The notes under the pieces: generated by a model
What the model saw: only the letters and a program-made list of their open reading frames with translations
Told to the model about the DNA's origin: nothing
The model's database searches: none
NCBI GenBank assembly: GCA_020854825.1
Contig: JAHKLY010000006.1
Coordinates: 16,087-80,086, forward strand
Direction: 5' to 3'
DNA: 64,000 nucleotides
Origin: Candidatus Micrarchaeota archaeon
Lineage (GTDB): Archaea > Micrarchaeota > Micrarchaeia > Anstonellales > JAHKLY01
Part shown: piece by piece, positions 1 through 10,095 of the stretch
How positions within the stretch are numbered: the first letter of the stretch is position 1
Layout: each line of letters begins with the position of its first letter
Made by a program: the position numbers and the translations under genes

Positions 1-153
1 AGGATGTTTATAAAGCTTGTGGTTGATAATATAAAACAAAATACTTAAAAAAAGACAAAAAAACACCCTGCGCCCCTAGTATTACTTATTAAAAATAAAT
101 ACCATCCCCCAATGGAAAGAATATATGGATGAAAAATTTTTTAAGTTTAGAAC

Positions 154-1332
154 TCATATTATTGAAATATTTAATCCTACATCTGGATCTATTTTTTGCA
201 TCATTTTTAAATCTTCAGTGCCCTTTTCTTTATCCCCTAAATTTAAATAAGCCACTGCTCTATTTCCATATGCTTCTGAATAATCGGGTTTTATATTTAT
301 TGCTTGTGTATAATCTTGTATCGCTTTTTCATATTGTCTTAATTCAAAAAAAGTATTCGCTCTTAAATACCATGCTCTGTAATAATTTGGTTCTAATTCT
401 ATTGCTTTTGTAAAATCTTCTAATGCTAATTCATATTTTCCTAATTTTTTATAAATAAAACCTCTATTAAAATGAGCAACTGTAAATCTAGGAAAGACAT
501 TTATTGCTTTTGTATATTCTTCTATGGCCCCCTCCATATCATAATATATTTCTTCTTTTAAAATTGCTTGTGAATAATTGTCGGTGGCTATTTGGCCAGG
601 TCGTACTTCTATTGATTTTCTGTAATCTGCTTCTGCTCCTGTTAAGTCTCCCATAATTTTTTTAGTGTCTGCCATATACTCATATACTCTGAAGTCATTT
701 GGATTTATCTCAACGGTTTTAATAAAATATTTAATTGCATTTTCATATTTTTTAATATTAAAATAAGCAACTCCTAATTTAAATAAAAAAATTGAATCTT
801 CTTTTTTAACCTTTGAAATTTTTTCAAAATCTTCTATTGCTTCTGCGTATTTAGCCAATTCAAAATTTATATTCCCTCTAATATAATACGTTTCATTTAC
901 CTTTACAAATAAACTATTTGATAAATCCATATTTAAGAGTATATTAAAATCTTCAAGCGCTCCGATATTATCCTTATTTTCAAATTTTATCTTACCCCTA
1001 AAAAAATATGGATCAGGTAATTTTGAGTCTAAACTAATTGCTGTGTTAAAATCTGTAAGTGATTCTTCAATTTTTCTTAATTTTTGCTGTGTGATCCCCC
1101 TCATGAGATATGCTTCTGCATAATTAGGTTCATATTCAATTGCACAATTAAAATAAAATATTGCGTCGTCAAATTCATTTAAGTTTAATTTTTTAATTCC
1201 TTTATTAAAATTCTTGACTGCTTTTTTTGGTATTTTTTCATTTAAGGGTTCTGTTGCTTTCCTTGTATCAAAAACTGGCTGTTTCCGAATTCGGTTGTTA
1301 TTGGGAGGAAAAAAATTTCTAAAAAAGTTCAT
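154..1332 (-). CDS. Tetratricopeptide-repeat (TPR) protein
   Basis: About 9-10 repeats of 34 aa (e.g. AHFNRGFIYKKLGKYELALEDFTKAIELEPNY); GGTGA SD just downstream of the NAC gene. Confidence 0.93.
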   Translation of the reverse strand: MNFFRNFFPPNNNRIRKQPVFDTRKATEPLNEKIPKKAVKNFNKGIKKLNLNEFDDAIFYFNCAIEYEPNYAEAYLMRGITQQKLRKIEESLTDFNTAISLDSKLPDPYFFRGKIKFENKDNIGALEDFNILLNMDLSNSLFVKVNETYYIRGNINFELAKYAEAIEDFEKISKVKKEDSIFLFKLGVAYFNIKKYENAIKYFIKTVEINPNDFRVYEYMADTKKIMGDLTGAEADYRKSIEVRPGQIATDNYSQAILKEEIYYDMEGAIEEYTKAINVFPRFTVAHFNRGFIYKKLGKYELALEDFTKAIELEPNYYRAWYLRANTFFELRQYEKAIQDYTQAINIKPDYSEAYGNRAVAYLNLGDKEKGTEDLKMMQKIDPDVGLNISII

Positions 1333-1347
1333 GTTCTCACCTGCAAA

Positions 1348-1689
1348 CTAATCCTTAGACTTGTCTTCTTGTAGGTATAAAATTGCTTCAGCTATATCTC
1401 CATTTTTTTCTTTTAATGCTTTTTCTGCTTTTTCATGATCAACATTTGTTTGCTCCATAACTATTTGGATATCTTCTTTACTTATTTTTTCTTCTACTTT
1501 TTCATCTCCAGATATTTGATAGGAAATTTGCCCTTGCGCAGATATCTTTGTTACACTTGGGTTTTCAAGAATTATATTTGATTCTTCAGATTCGATTATA
1601 ACTCGTTTTGCTGAAATATCTGTAGAATTAATCCCCATTTGTTGCATCATTCTTTTCATTTGTCTTGGGTCCATTCCTCCGCCTAACAT
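1348..1689 (-). CDS. nac: Archaeal nascent polypeptide-associated complex protein
   Basis: PRQMKRMMQQMGI N-terminus, NAC beta domain, C-terminal UBA-like DIQIVMEQ...GDIAEAI. Confidence 0.95.
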   Translation of the reverse strand: MLGGGMDPRQMKRMMQQMGINSTDISAKRVIIESEESNIILENPSVTKISAQGQISYQISGDEKVEEKISKEDIQIVMEQTNVDHEKAEKALKEKNGDIAEAILYLQEDKSKD

Positions 1690-1697
1690 AGATTCAC

Positions 1698-2309
1698 CTA
1701 TTTTCTTTCAATTCTAATGATTGTATTTTTAATTTCTGTTTTATTTATCTGAACTTTACGTACAGGCACTACTTTCTTTAAATTTTGTTGAATTTGTTCT
1801 GCAAATTTACCAAATAAAACTGCGTGCATTAATTCATTTATGGTTAAATCCTTTACAACTGTATGTATATGTTCATTAAATATATTCCTTAATGCTGTTT
1901 TTGGTTTTTGTGTAATTCTATTAGCTGTTATTATGACTCCTTTTATTCTTATCTTATTTCCATCTTTTGTTTCAACATCAACTACATGATCTATAACTGA
2001 CCTTCTTCTTCTTGCTAATGTTTTTATAAAAGATTGGTCAACTTCGTGCCCTATTAGTTTGGTGAATGCTGTTGTTCCTTTTATATCTACTATTCTAAAG
2101 TTAAGTTTAGTATTTATTGATGCTGCGCCTGGTTTTCCCCCTATTAAAAACAGAGGTACTTTTATAATTTTATTCAAAAGAATTTTTGGATCTGAAGCGG
2201 GAACCTCTCCAATCTCTTTATTTTCATATTCTTCTGGTGCAACAACTTTATACCAAATCTTTGATTTCCATTTATCTACTGTTTTTTTGGTTGTTCTTTT
2301 TTTAGCCAT
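1698..2309 (-). CDS. rps3ae: 30S ribosomal protein eS1 (S3Ae)
   Basis: DKWKSKIWYKVVAP and RRRRSVID motifs; ATG at 2309 after GGTGA SD. Confidence 0.95.
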   Translation of the reverse strand: MAKKRTTKKTVDKWKSKIWYKVVAPEEYENKEIGEVPASDPKILLNKIIKVPLFLIGGKPGAASINTKLNFRIVDIKGTTAFTKLIGHEVDQSFIKTLARRRRSVIDHVVDVETKDGNKIRIKGVIITANRITQKPKTALRNIFNEHIHTVVKDLTINELMHAVLFGKFAEQIQQNLKKVVPVRKVQINKTEIKNTIIRIERK

Positions 2310-2319
2310 AAATATCACC

Positions 2320-2772
2320 TTACTTTACAATTAATACTGCAGTTTCTGGATCATATTTCCAATCTGCTGGCAATCTGCCATTCTTTGTATAATATCTTGC
2401 TAATCTTCTAATTTTTGATTCAACATGTATTAATTTTGTTTTATTGTGTGTATCTCTTGTGTTACTATTCAAATGTTTTCTCATTCCTACTGCTTTTTTT
2501 ATCAAGGTTAAAATATCGTCTGGATATTCAACTTTAATATTATTTTCTTCAAGAATTTTTGATACTGTCTTATTACAAACTGCTCTAACACTTGGAACAT
2601 TATGCTCTTTTTTTAGAATAAGTCCTATTGTTGTTGCATTGTTACCTTCTTTTGCTAAGGTATTAATTAATTTTTCAATCTCATCTGGTTTAATAACATC
2701 GCTAGGTAATTCTTTACCTATTAATCTTCTTGAGCCAGACTTACCTCTCTTTTTTGAGTGTAATTTAGCCAT
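2320..2772 (-). CDS. rps15: 30S ribosomal protein uS15
   Basis: MAKLHSKKRGKSGS, ESKIRRLARYY, WKYDP motifs. Confidence 0.97.
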   Translation of the reverse strand: MAKLHSKKRGKSGSRRLIGKELPSDVIKPDEIEKLINTLAKEGNNATTIGLILKKEHNVPSVRAVCNKTVSKILEENNIKVEYPDDILTLIKKAVGMRKHLNSNTRDTHNKTKLIHVESKIRRLARYYTKNGRLPADWKYDPETAVLIVK

Positions 2773-2796
2773 ATTTTATTCACCTTTTTTTATTTT

Positions 2797-2845
2797 ACAG
2801 CCGGAGAATGTCTTGTCGAAACAACTACATTTCCCAAATAGCTAT
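2797..2845 (-). promoter_or_regulatory. Structured 5' leader of rps15 (candidate r-protein leader)
   Basis: mRNA AUAGC-UAUUUG-GGA-AAUGU-AG-UUGU-UUCG-ACAA-G-ACAUU-C-UCC-G-GCUGU folds as a long hairpin with a UUCG loop; BRE/TATA at ~2867-2880 on the minus strand. Confidence 0.6.
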
Positions 2846-2899
2846 TGAATATTATCCATACAACTGTTTATAAAGGTTTTCTACGCGGCACTTAAATTT

Positions 2900-5272
2900 T
2901 TACTCAAATTGAATATCAAAATCTCCTTGTACTATTTCTATTGCCTTTATATTTCCAGTATTTGTTAATTCTCCCACCATCTCTCCTATTTCTTCTGGTG
3001 CATATGTTGAAATTATTATTTTTTCTATTTTATCTTTCATCGACATTTGTTTTTGCGCCCTATATTGTCTTATTTGGGATATTATTTCATTTAAAACAAC
3101 AACTTTTTCTTGTGCTTTTAAGTTCCTCCATTGAGTATACGGTTCTGGCCAAGAAGAGTTAACAATAAATTTAGCTGGATCTGGATAATATATTTGATAC
3201 ATTTCTTCAGTTATATGTGGTATAAATGGACTTAACATTTTAATCATATTTAATAAAACATTAAACAAAGTGTATTTTGCTGCTCTCCTACTTTTTTCGT
3301 TTTCAGGATTTTCATCATATAACCTGTATTTGACATATTCTAAATAATAATCGCAAACTTCATGCCACATAAATTCTTGTAATCCTTTTATTGCGTGATG
3401 ATATTCATATTTTTCAAAATGATTTGTGGTATCAATGATTAAAGAGTGAAGTCTATTTAATATCCATTTATCAACTACTCTCAAATTATCAAAATCTTGA
3501 TCATCATAATCATAATCTTTGATATGTAATTCGATAAACTTTGCTGTATTCCATAATTTAGTCAAAAATGATTTTCCATATTTTATATCCTTATATGAAA
3601 ACGGCCTGTCCTTTGCCATTGCACCAGACAATGCTGCCCATTGTCTTAATGCATCTGCTGAATATTCTTTCAAAACTTCATCTGGTTGGATTTCATTGTT
3701 TAAACTTTTACTCATTTTTTTACCATCTGGTGCTAAAACATTTCCATTTAACAAAATATTTTTAAATGCAATTTCACCAGTTAATCGTTTGCATCTATGT
3801 AGTGTATAATATGCCCAAGTTCTAATAATTTCAACTCCTTGAGGTCTTAAATCACATGGATAAATTTTCTTAAAAAATTCTTTGTCTTCTTCCCATTTAG
3901 AAACTATTAATGGACTAATAGATGAGTCCACCCAGCAATCGCAAACTGAATTTTCGCCAATCATTTTTTCTCCACAATTTGGACAATTTCTATCTTCTAA
4001 TCTAGGATCAACCGGCAACTCGTCTTCTTTTGGTGGAACCCAAACTCCACATTTTTCACAATACCAAAAAGGAATAGGAGTTCCTAAAATTCTTTCTCTT
4101 GAAATAACCCAATCCCATTCAACAAAGTTTGCCCAATCTGTTAAATAAGTAACAGCAAATTCTGGAAACCAATTTATTTTTGTTGCGTCTTCACTTATTT
4201 GAGCTGAAAAATCCTTTACTTTAATAAACCATTGTTTAGACCTTAATAATTCAATTGGATGTTCACATCTATCATGAACTTTTACTACTTGATCAATCTG
4301 TTCAATTTTTTCAATTTTATTTTCTGCAGTTAAATCATCAATTATTATTTTTTTTGCATCCTGAGTTTTTAATCCATCATATTTTCCCGCATTAATTAAT
4401 TTTCCGTATTTATCAAATGCGTCTATAATTGGAAGTTTATATCTGTATGTCCAAACTATATCTTGTTTGTCTCCAAAAGTACAAACCATTACAACTCCTG
4501 TTCCAAAATCTTTATCTACTTCTTTATCAGGAATTAATTTTACTTTTTTTCCTAACGGAGTTTCAATTTCTTCATTTGTATACTTAGCATATCTTTTATC
4601 TTCTGGATGAAACAATACTGCAACACATGCATGAAGCATTTCTGGTCTTGTGGTTGCAACTATTATTATGTCTCCTTTACATTTAAATTTTAAATAATTA
4701 AAATCAGTTTTTCTATTCAAATCATTTGTTTCTGCTTTAGCTATTGCAGATCCACATCTAGTACACCAGTGAATTGGATGTTCTGCATTATATAATTCAT
4801 CGGTTTCATACATTTTTAATAAAGACAATTGAACTTTCTTATGATATTCTGGAGATATTGTTTTATATTCATATTTCCAATCTGGAGAATATCCCATCAT
4901 TATCATCTGTAATTTCATTTTTTCAATCATTTCATTTGTCCATTCATGTGCGTGTTTCAAAAATTCTTTCCTATCTCGCATTCCATATTTTTTTTCTATT
5001 TTAACTTCTGTAGGAAATCCTTGACAATCCCACCCTTGTGGATAATATACATTAAATCCTTTCATACGTTTATATCTAGCAATAAAATCAAAATACGAAT
5101 AACTTAAAACATGTCCCATATGTAATTTTCCACTTGTGAATGGCGGAGGAGTATCTATTGAATATATTGGCTTTTTACAATCTCTAGAAATATCAAATTT
5201 GTAAACATTATATTTTTGCCATTCTTTTTGCCATTTTTCTTCTATTTCTTTCGAATATCTATCATCTAACAT
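2900..5272 (-). CDS. valS: Valine--tRNA ligase (archaeal type)
   Basis: DTPPP..SGKLHMGH (HIGH), ATTRPE, DWVISR, KMSKS. Confidence 0.96.
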   Translation of the reverse strand: MLDDRYSKEIEEKWQKEWQKYNVYKFDISRDCKKPIYSIDTPPPFTSGKLHMGHVLSYSYFDFIARYKRMKGFNVYYPQGWDCQGFPTEVKIEKKYGMRDRKEFLKHAHEWTNEMIEKMKLQMIMMGYSPDWKYEYKTISPEYHKKVQLSLLKMYETDELYNAEHPIHWCTRCGSAIAKAETNDLNRKTDFNYLKFKCKGDIIIVATTRPEMLHACVAVLFHPEDKRYAKYTNEEIETPLGKKVKLIPDKEVDKDFGTGVVMVCTFGDKQDIVWTYRYKLPIIDAFDKYGKLINAGKYDGLKTQDAKKIIIDDLTAENKIEKIEQIDQVVKVHDRCEHPIELLRSKQWFIKVKDFSAQISEDATKINWFPEFAVTYLTDWANFVEWDWVISRERILGTPIPFWYCEKCGVWVPPKEDELPVDPRLEDRNCPNCGEKMIGENSVCDCWVDSSISPLIVSKWEEDKEFFKKIYPCDLRPQGVEIIRTWAYYTLHRCKRLTGEIAFKNILLNGNVLAPDGKKMSKSLNNEIQPDEVLKEYSADALRQWAALSGAMAKDRPFSYKDIKYGKSFLTKLWNTAKFIELHIKDYDYDDQDFDNLRVVDKWILNRLHSLIIDTTNHFEKYEYHHAIKGLQEFMWHEVCDYYLEYVKYRLYDENPENEKSRRAAKYTLFNVLLNMIKMLSPFIPHITEEMYQIYYPDPAKFIVNSSWPEPYTQWRNLKAQEKVVVLNEIISQIRQYRAQKQMSMKDKIEKIIISTYAPEEIGEMVGELTNTGNIKAIEIVQGDFDIQFE

Positions 5273-5365
5273 ATTAAATTACCTTAATTTTTAGATTTTA
5301 ATTTATATATACTCATTAATAAATTTACATATATAAAGGTTTTAATTACTTTCTTAAAAGATTAC

Positions 5366-6739
5366 CTAACGATCGTACAACTCGCTTGTTATACTGCTGT
5401 TATAATGTTTTGATAAGTTTAATTTAAATCTTTTTAAATTAGATAATATTGAAAATACAGACTCTTCTTTAAAAATATTAAAATTTGGAAACTTCTCTTT
5501 TGTAATCAACGCTTTATATCCTCTCAGCATATATACAAATTTAGATTCATCCAATTGTTTTAATAATGTAGATGCAGTTGTAGATATAGAAAATATCAAC
5601 TCCAAATCTTCTACTGTTGCAAAATTAGCACCTAGGCTAAGATTATTTGTAATTCTATTTTTTTCAATAATAGTCTTGTTCCCCCAATTGTTTTGTATTA
5701 ATTTCTGTTTTATTTCCTCAATAAGTTCTACTGTCTCAACTACGTTTTGTGAAGTTTTAATATCTGTATCCCTTCTTAGTTTTAGCTCTTTTTCAGAAGT
5801 ATCTAAAGGAGTATTTTCGTTTAATGGTTCTCCGCCAAAATAAGGCAACTCATCAGATCCAATACTAAATTCTAAAGGTTCAATTGTATTTTTTAACTCA
5901 GATAATATTTTTTCTAATCTAAAAATTACATACTCTATATATTTCTCATTGGCTGTTTTATTAAATAGAATAGACTTTTCATCAAAGATTACTTGGTTTT
6001 CTCTTGTTCTAAAAATATTTTTTATTAATTCAAAATCATAAGGACCAATAAAAATCCGCGAGTTATTACAAAATCGTTCATTAAATGAATCATAAGTATT
6101 ACAATAAGTAGTATCATTAAATACATCTAATTTTATTATTTCTGCAAACAATTCTAATATAGTATTTAATCTAATTTCCATAAACCTCATTTCTTTTACA
6201 TCCGAAGATAGTAAGGGAAGATTCATTCTATTTTTTCTCATCAATTCTCCTAACCTAATTTCATATTTAAGATTAAGATCTTTAGTTAAATAAAAATCAA
6301 TTTCTTTTCCGGCTAACTTTTGTTTATTATTCATAAATTCATTAATTTCTGTTTCTAATTTTTTAATAGAATTTATAAGAAACTCTTTAATTTTAGACTT
6401 ATCTTTAATCCAAAGATTACTATCCCAAGGAGGATTTGTTTTTCCAGATTGTATTTCTTTAGATAAACAATAAATAGAGATAAAATCTTTAAAGGAACAT
6501 TGATACTTTTCATCTTCATATGCTTCAATTGCTAATGAATCTACAAAATTAGAAAATATAGTTTGTATCTGTTGGTTTGAATATTGTAAATTTGATTTTT
6601 TGATGAAAAATGAATAATTTCTCCAAAGAGCTGCGTATCTTTGTGATACTGATTTAATTCCTTTAAAAAAAACTTTATCTTCAGCAAACCAGGAATACCA
6701 TACAAGAGTAGGTCTATTACTTTGATGCATTTCACTCAT
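5366..6739 (-). CDS. Hypothetical protein: two helical repeats plus C-terminal Bro-N-like domain
   Basis: Long ORF, ATG overlaps the end of the upstream gene; internal repeats YQCSFKDFISIYC / YCNTYDSFNERFC; domain call is by eye. Confidence 0.7.
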   Translation of the reverse strand: MSEMHQSNRPTLVWYSWFAEDKVFFKGIKSVSQRYAALWRNYSFFIKKSNLQYSNQQIQTIFSNFVDSLAIEAYEDEKYQCSFKDFISIYCLSKEIQSGKTNPPWDSNLWIKDKSKIKEFLINSIKKLETEINEFMNNKQKLAGKEIDFYLTKDLNLKYEIRLGELMRKNRMNLPLLSSDVKEMRFMEIRLNTILELFAEIIKLDVFNDTTYCNTYDSFNERFCNNSRIFIGPYDFELIKNIFRTRENQVIFDEKSILFNKTANEKYIEYVIFRLEKILSELKNTIEPLEFSIGSDELPYFGGEPLNENTPLDTSEKELKLRRDTDIKTSQNVVETVELIEEIKQKLIQNNWGNKTIIEKNRITNNLSLGANFATVEDLELIFSISTTASTLLKQLDESKFVYMLRGYKALITKEKFPNFNIFKEESVFSILSNLKRFKLNLSKHYNSSITSELYDR

Positions 6740-7994
6740 AAGAACCACTACTTGTTTTATCTGCATTATTTTTACGTGAATTGTAATTTGTAATTCTATG
6801 CATTAAACTATCAACAGATATCAAAATTACTGGTAATTGTTTAGTTGAATTGAAAAATAAACAATCTTCTCTATTAAAATAACTGCCTTTATCCTTTAAT
6901 GTGTCCCAATTATAATTATCATTCTTTAATTCAAGCATTAATAATATATCATTTTCATTAATAATCTTTGGGTCCCCTAATTCATTAATTAAAACGACTC
7001 TAACTTCATGATTTGATAAATTTGAAAATTCTCCCATTTTAGGAAGAATTCTATATGTTATAGCAGCAAGTAAATCTTTCCATACTTTATTTTCAGGAGT
7101 CTGGATTTGTGGTTGTATTCTGATTGGATTTTTTGAATCTGGTTTTTGCATATCGTTTTTTTGTTTTTGGATCTTTTTTTCAAATAAAATGATACTGTTA
7201 TTGAAAAAACTAATCATCTCCTCTAATTTTTTGGAATCAATCGTTCTAGCTTCTTGGGTTTTATACCATTCAAAAGTATCATTTAATACATCATCTTTTA
7301 TAGATTTGAATATGTTTTTTGATATTAAAGATTGTTTTTCAGTACAAAAACTATTTATAAAACATTCATAAGATTTAAATCCATCTGAATTATATTTTAA
7401 ACAAAGTTTATACATATATTTAAAGATATTTAATAATTGGGAATATTTTTTTAATATATTCTCGTCTTGAATTTCTGTTGAACCTATTTTTTCAGAAGAT
7501 ACTGGATTTCCAAAAGAATTAGAACTAAGCAATTGTTTAGTTATTTGATCAAGTTTTTTTGTTTCTTCAATATTGAATATCTCTGGGTGTTCTATTAATA
7601 CTCTTGGGTTTTGTTTTAATTTATCCAATAAATCGTTTAAATACTTTAATCCTGATCCTAAATAACCAATTGCAGTATTAAAATCATTAATTTTACTCCC
7701 ATATAGAAACAAGTCTTCATTACTTTGATAAACATATTTTTTAAAAAAAACTCTATATTCCTCATAACAAGGTGCATTTGAATTTTTTTTATATTCTAAA
7801 ATAGAATGTCTATTTATAATATTTATAAAAGCATTCATTTTCTCTTCATCTGATCTTCCTTGTAAATCAGATATTGTATTTGTAATATCTATAAATTTTG
7901 ACCTGCATTTATTAAATTCTAAAAATAATGCCTTGGCTTGCCTAACTAGTTCTGGTTCAATTTCAAATTTTGGCTTTTGCGATCTCTCTCCCAT
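6732..7994 (-). CDS. Hypothetical protein, paralogue of downstream gene, C-terminal Bro-N-like domain
   Basis: Probable leaderless ATG at 7994 about 25 nt after a TTTTAAAA box; C-terminal HEVRVVLINELGDPKII..DIL..LE...ILISVDSL..I..SRK. Confidence 0.7.
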   Translation of the reverse strand: MGERSQKPKFEIEPELVRQAKALFLEFNKCRSKFIDITNTISDLQGRSDEEKMNAFINIINRHSILEYKKNSNAPCYEEYRVFFKKYVYQSNEDLFLYGSKINDFNTAIGYLGSGLKYLNDLLDKLKQNPRVLIEHPEIFNIEETKKLDQITKQLLSSNSFGNPVSSEKIGSTEIQDENILKKYSQLLNIFKYMYKLCLKYNSDGFKSYECFINSFCTEKQSLISKNIFKSIKDDVLNDTFEWYKTQEARTIDSKKLEEMISFFNNSIILFEKKIQKQKNDMQKPDSKNPIRIQPQIQTPENKVWKDLLAAITYRILPKMGEFSNLSNHEVRVVLINELGDPKIINENDILLMLELKNDNYNWDTLKDKGSYFNREDCLFFNSTKQLPVILISVDSLMHRITNYNSRKNNADKTSSGSYE

Positions 7995-8097
7995 GTGTAA
8001 TTTTATGTGTTTATGCGTTTTAAAAGGTTTCGTTTTGCAATTTATTCTGAAAAAAGGTATTAAAAACCTTTTTTTCATTAATGTTATGGTGAAATGT

Positions 8098-8640
8098 ATG
8101 AAAATGATATTAGGACTATTAATAATAGCTTCTTTGATGCTATTAGGTTGTACTGCACTGGAAAATGCGACAACAGATTTAGAAGAAAAAGCAAAAACCG
8201 CATCACAAACAGAAAAAGAAATAACACCAGAAGTTGAAGAACCAATATTAGAATGTGAAATGAAATATTGGTTTGATGAAGATTCAACTGAATGTAGATA
8301 TAAAGAATTCTGTGGAATGTATATGTATTATGGTTTAAGAACATTTGAAAGTCTTGAAGATTGTGAAGAAGAATTAGCAGAATCAAAAACAATAATATCA
8401 ATTGACTGTGATGATATGGATGAAACAGATAAATGGGTATGTTTGATTAAAAAAGCAGAGGAAACTAAAAATATAAATGTCTGTAATCAAATAATCCCAA
8501 CTGACCAAAGAAATACTTGTATTAAAACAGTTTCACATATATTACATGATGTAAATATTTGCAATAAATTAAACAGTAATGATGATCAGTTGTTATGTAG
8601 ATATCATTCAAGTCCACAAGTAACAGGAGGATTAACTTAA
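8098..8640 (+). CDS. Secreted lipoprotein-like Cys-rich protein (Kunitz-like module plus Cys repeats)
   Basis: Hydrophobic signal ending LLGC after GGTGA SD; CEMKYWFD...C...C...FESLEDC; repeated CNQI/CNKL units. Confidence 0.75.
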   Translation: MKMILGLLIIASLMLLGCTALENATTDLEEKAKTASQTEKEITPEVEEPILECEMKYWFDEDSTECRYKEFCGMYMYYGLRTFESLEDCEEELAESKTIISIDCDDMDETDKWVCLIKKAEETKNINVCNQIIPTDQRNTCIKTVSHILHDVNICNKLNSNDDQLLCRYHSSPQVTGGLT

Positions 8641-8655
8641 TTTAACTCTTTTAAA

Positions 8656-10050
8656 TTAAAGTTTTTCCTGTTTTCCTTTTATTTCTTTTTCTCTTTTATT
8701 TATTTCTTGAGCAGCTATCAAACCTGTAAATGCAGCACCATTTATCCCCCTTGAAACTCCAGCCCCATCCCCACATACAAATAAATCTTTTACCTCAGTT
8801 TCCATATTTTTATCTACTGATAATTTTAAAGAATAAAATTTTATTTCTGGCGCATAAAGTAAAGTAGAATCAGAATCAACACCCGGTATTACACTTGATA
8901 ATTTTTCTAGGCCTTCTTTAATATCTTCAACTACACGAGAAGGTAAAGCCATAGAAATATCTCCAGGGGTTACATCACCCAAAGTAGGTTTAACATAACT
9001 TTTATTTATTCTTTCCCAATTTGACCTTCTGCCTCTTTTTAAATCTTTTAATCTTTGGACAATTGGTTTTCCTCCTCCTATTTGGGTAGCTAATTCTGCA
9101 ATTTTTTCACCATATGAAATTGTATCCTCAACTGGTTCAGTTAAACTAATCCTTACTAAAAATGCAAAATTAGTGTTTTTTGATTTTTTGTCTTTCATTG
9201 CATGCCCATTAACACATACAAATTTACCATAATTTTCCAATGAAACAAAACCATGGGGATTTGTACAAAATGTCCTTACTAAATCATCCCGTTGAGTCAT
9301 TATATAAAATTTAGGATCATAATTAATTTTAGTGATTTCATCCATAACTTCGTCTGGAACTTCAACTCTAACTCCAACATCTACAGATTGAAATTCAATT
9401 TTAAGTTTTTGTTTTTTTGCTATATCTTTAAGCCAATCAGTTCCAGACCTCCCAGGTGAAATTATAACATAATCTCCTATAATTTCCTCAGTTGTTTTAA
9501 CTCCTTTAATCTTATTTAATTCAACTACTATATCTTTAACTTCTTCTTCTGTTTTAAAAATAACTCCTTTGCTTTGTAAAAAATTTGTCATATTCTCGAT
9601 AACATCCGGCAATTTATCTGAACCTATATGTAATTGCTTTAAGGGTAAAAATCTAACTCCGTTCTTTTTTGCTTCTCTTGAAAGAATATCTGCATTTCCA
9701 TCTGGCTCAAAATAATCTTCTGGTTTTGCACCGAAATGAATGAATATCTTTCTTATCTTATCTAATAATTGTTCTGTTTCTTCAAGGGATTTGAATCTTA
9801 ATAAATCCCCTCCTACTTCATAATGAAAATTTATTTTACCATCTGAAAATGTTCCTGCACCTCCAATACCACATAATATATTACAAGGGTTACAATTAGT
9901 ACAATAGTTGGTTTGTTTTTTAGGACATTTTCTGTTTTTTACTCTTTTTCCTTTATCAAAAATAGTTATTTCTAAATTTGAATTAGTACATAATTCATAA
10001 GCAGCAAATAATCCTGCTGGTCCTGCTCCAATAATAAGTACTTTTTTCAT
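8656..10050 (-). CDS. NAD(P)/FAD-dependent oxidoreductase (COG2509-like)
   Basis: IIGAGPAG, Cys cluster CxxCxPC, GGAGTFSDGK, RTFCTNP, GDGAG. Confidence 0.9.
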   Translation of the reverse strand: MKKVLIIGAGPAGLFAAYELCTNSNLEITIFDKGKRVKNRKCPKKQTNYCTNCNPCNILCGIGGAGTFSDGKINFHYEVGGDLLRFKSLEETEQLLDKIRKIFIHFGAKPEDYFEPDGNADILSREAKKNGVRFLPLKQLHIGSDKLPDVIENMTNFLQSKGVIFKTEEEVKDIVVELNKIKGVKTTEEIIGDYVIISPGRSGTDWLKDIAKKQKLKIEFQSVDVGVRVEVPDEVMDEITKINYDPKFYIMTQRDDLVRTFCTNPHGFVSLENYGKFVCVNGHAMKDKKSKNTNFAFLVRISLTEPVEDTISYGEKIAELATQIGGGKPIVQRLKDLKRGRRSNWERINKSYVKPTLGDVTPGDISMALPSRVVEDIKEGLEKLSSVIPGVDSDSTLLYAPEIKFYSLKLSVDKNMETEVKDLFVCGDGAGVSRGINGAAFTGLIAAQEINKREKEIKGKQEKL

Positions 10051-10095
10051 TCTCCCACATAATAGTATTTAATAAGAAAGGTATTTATTTCTTAC

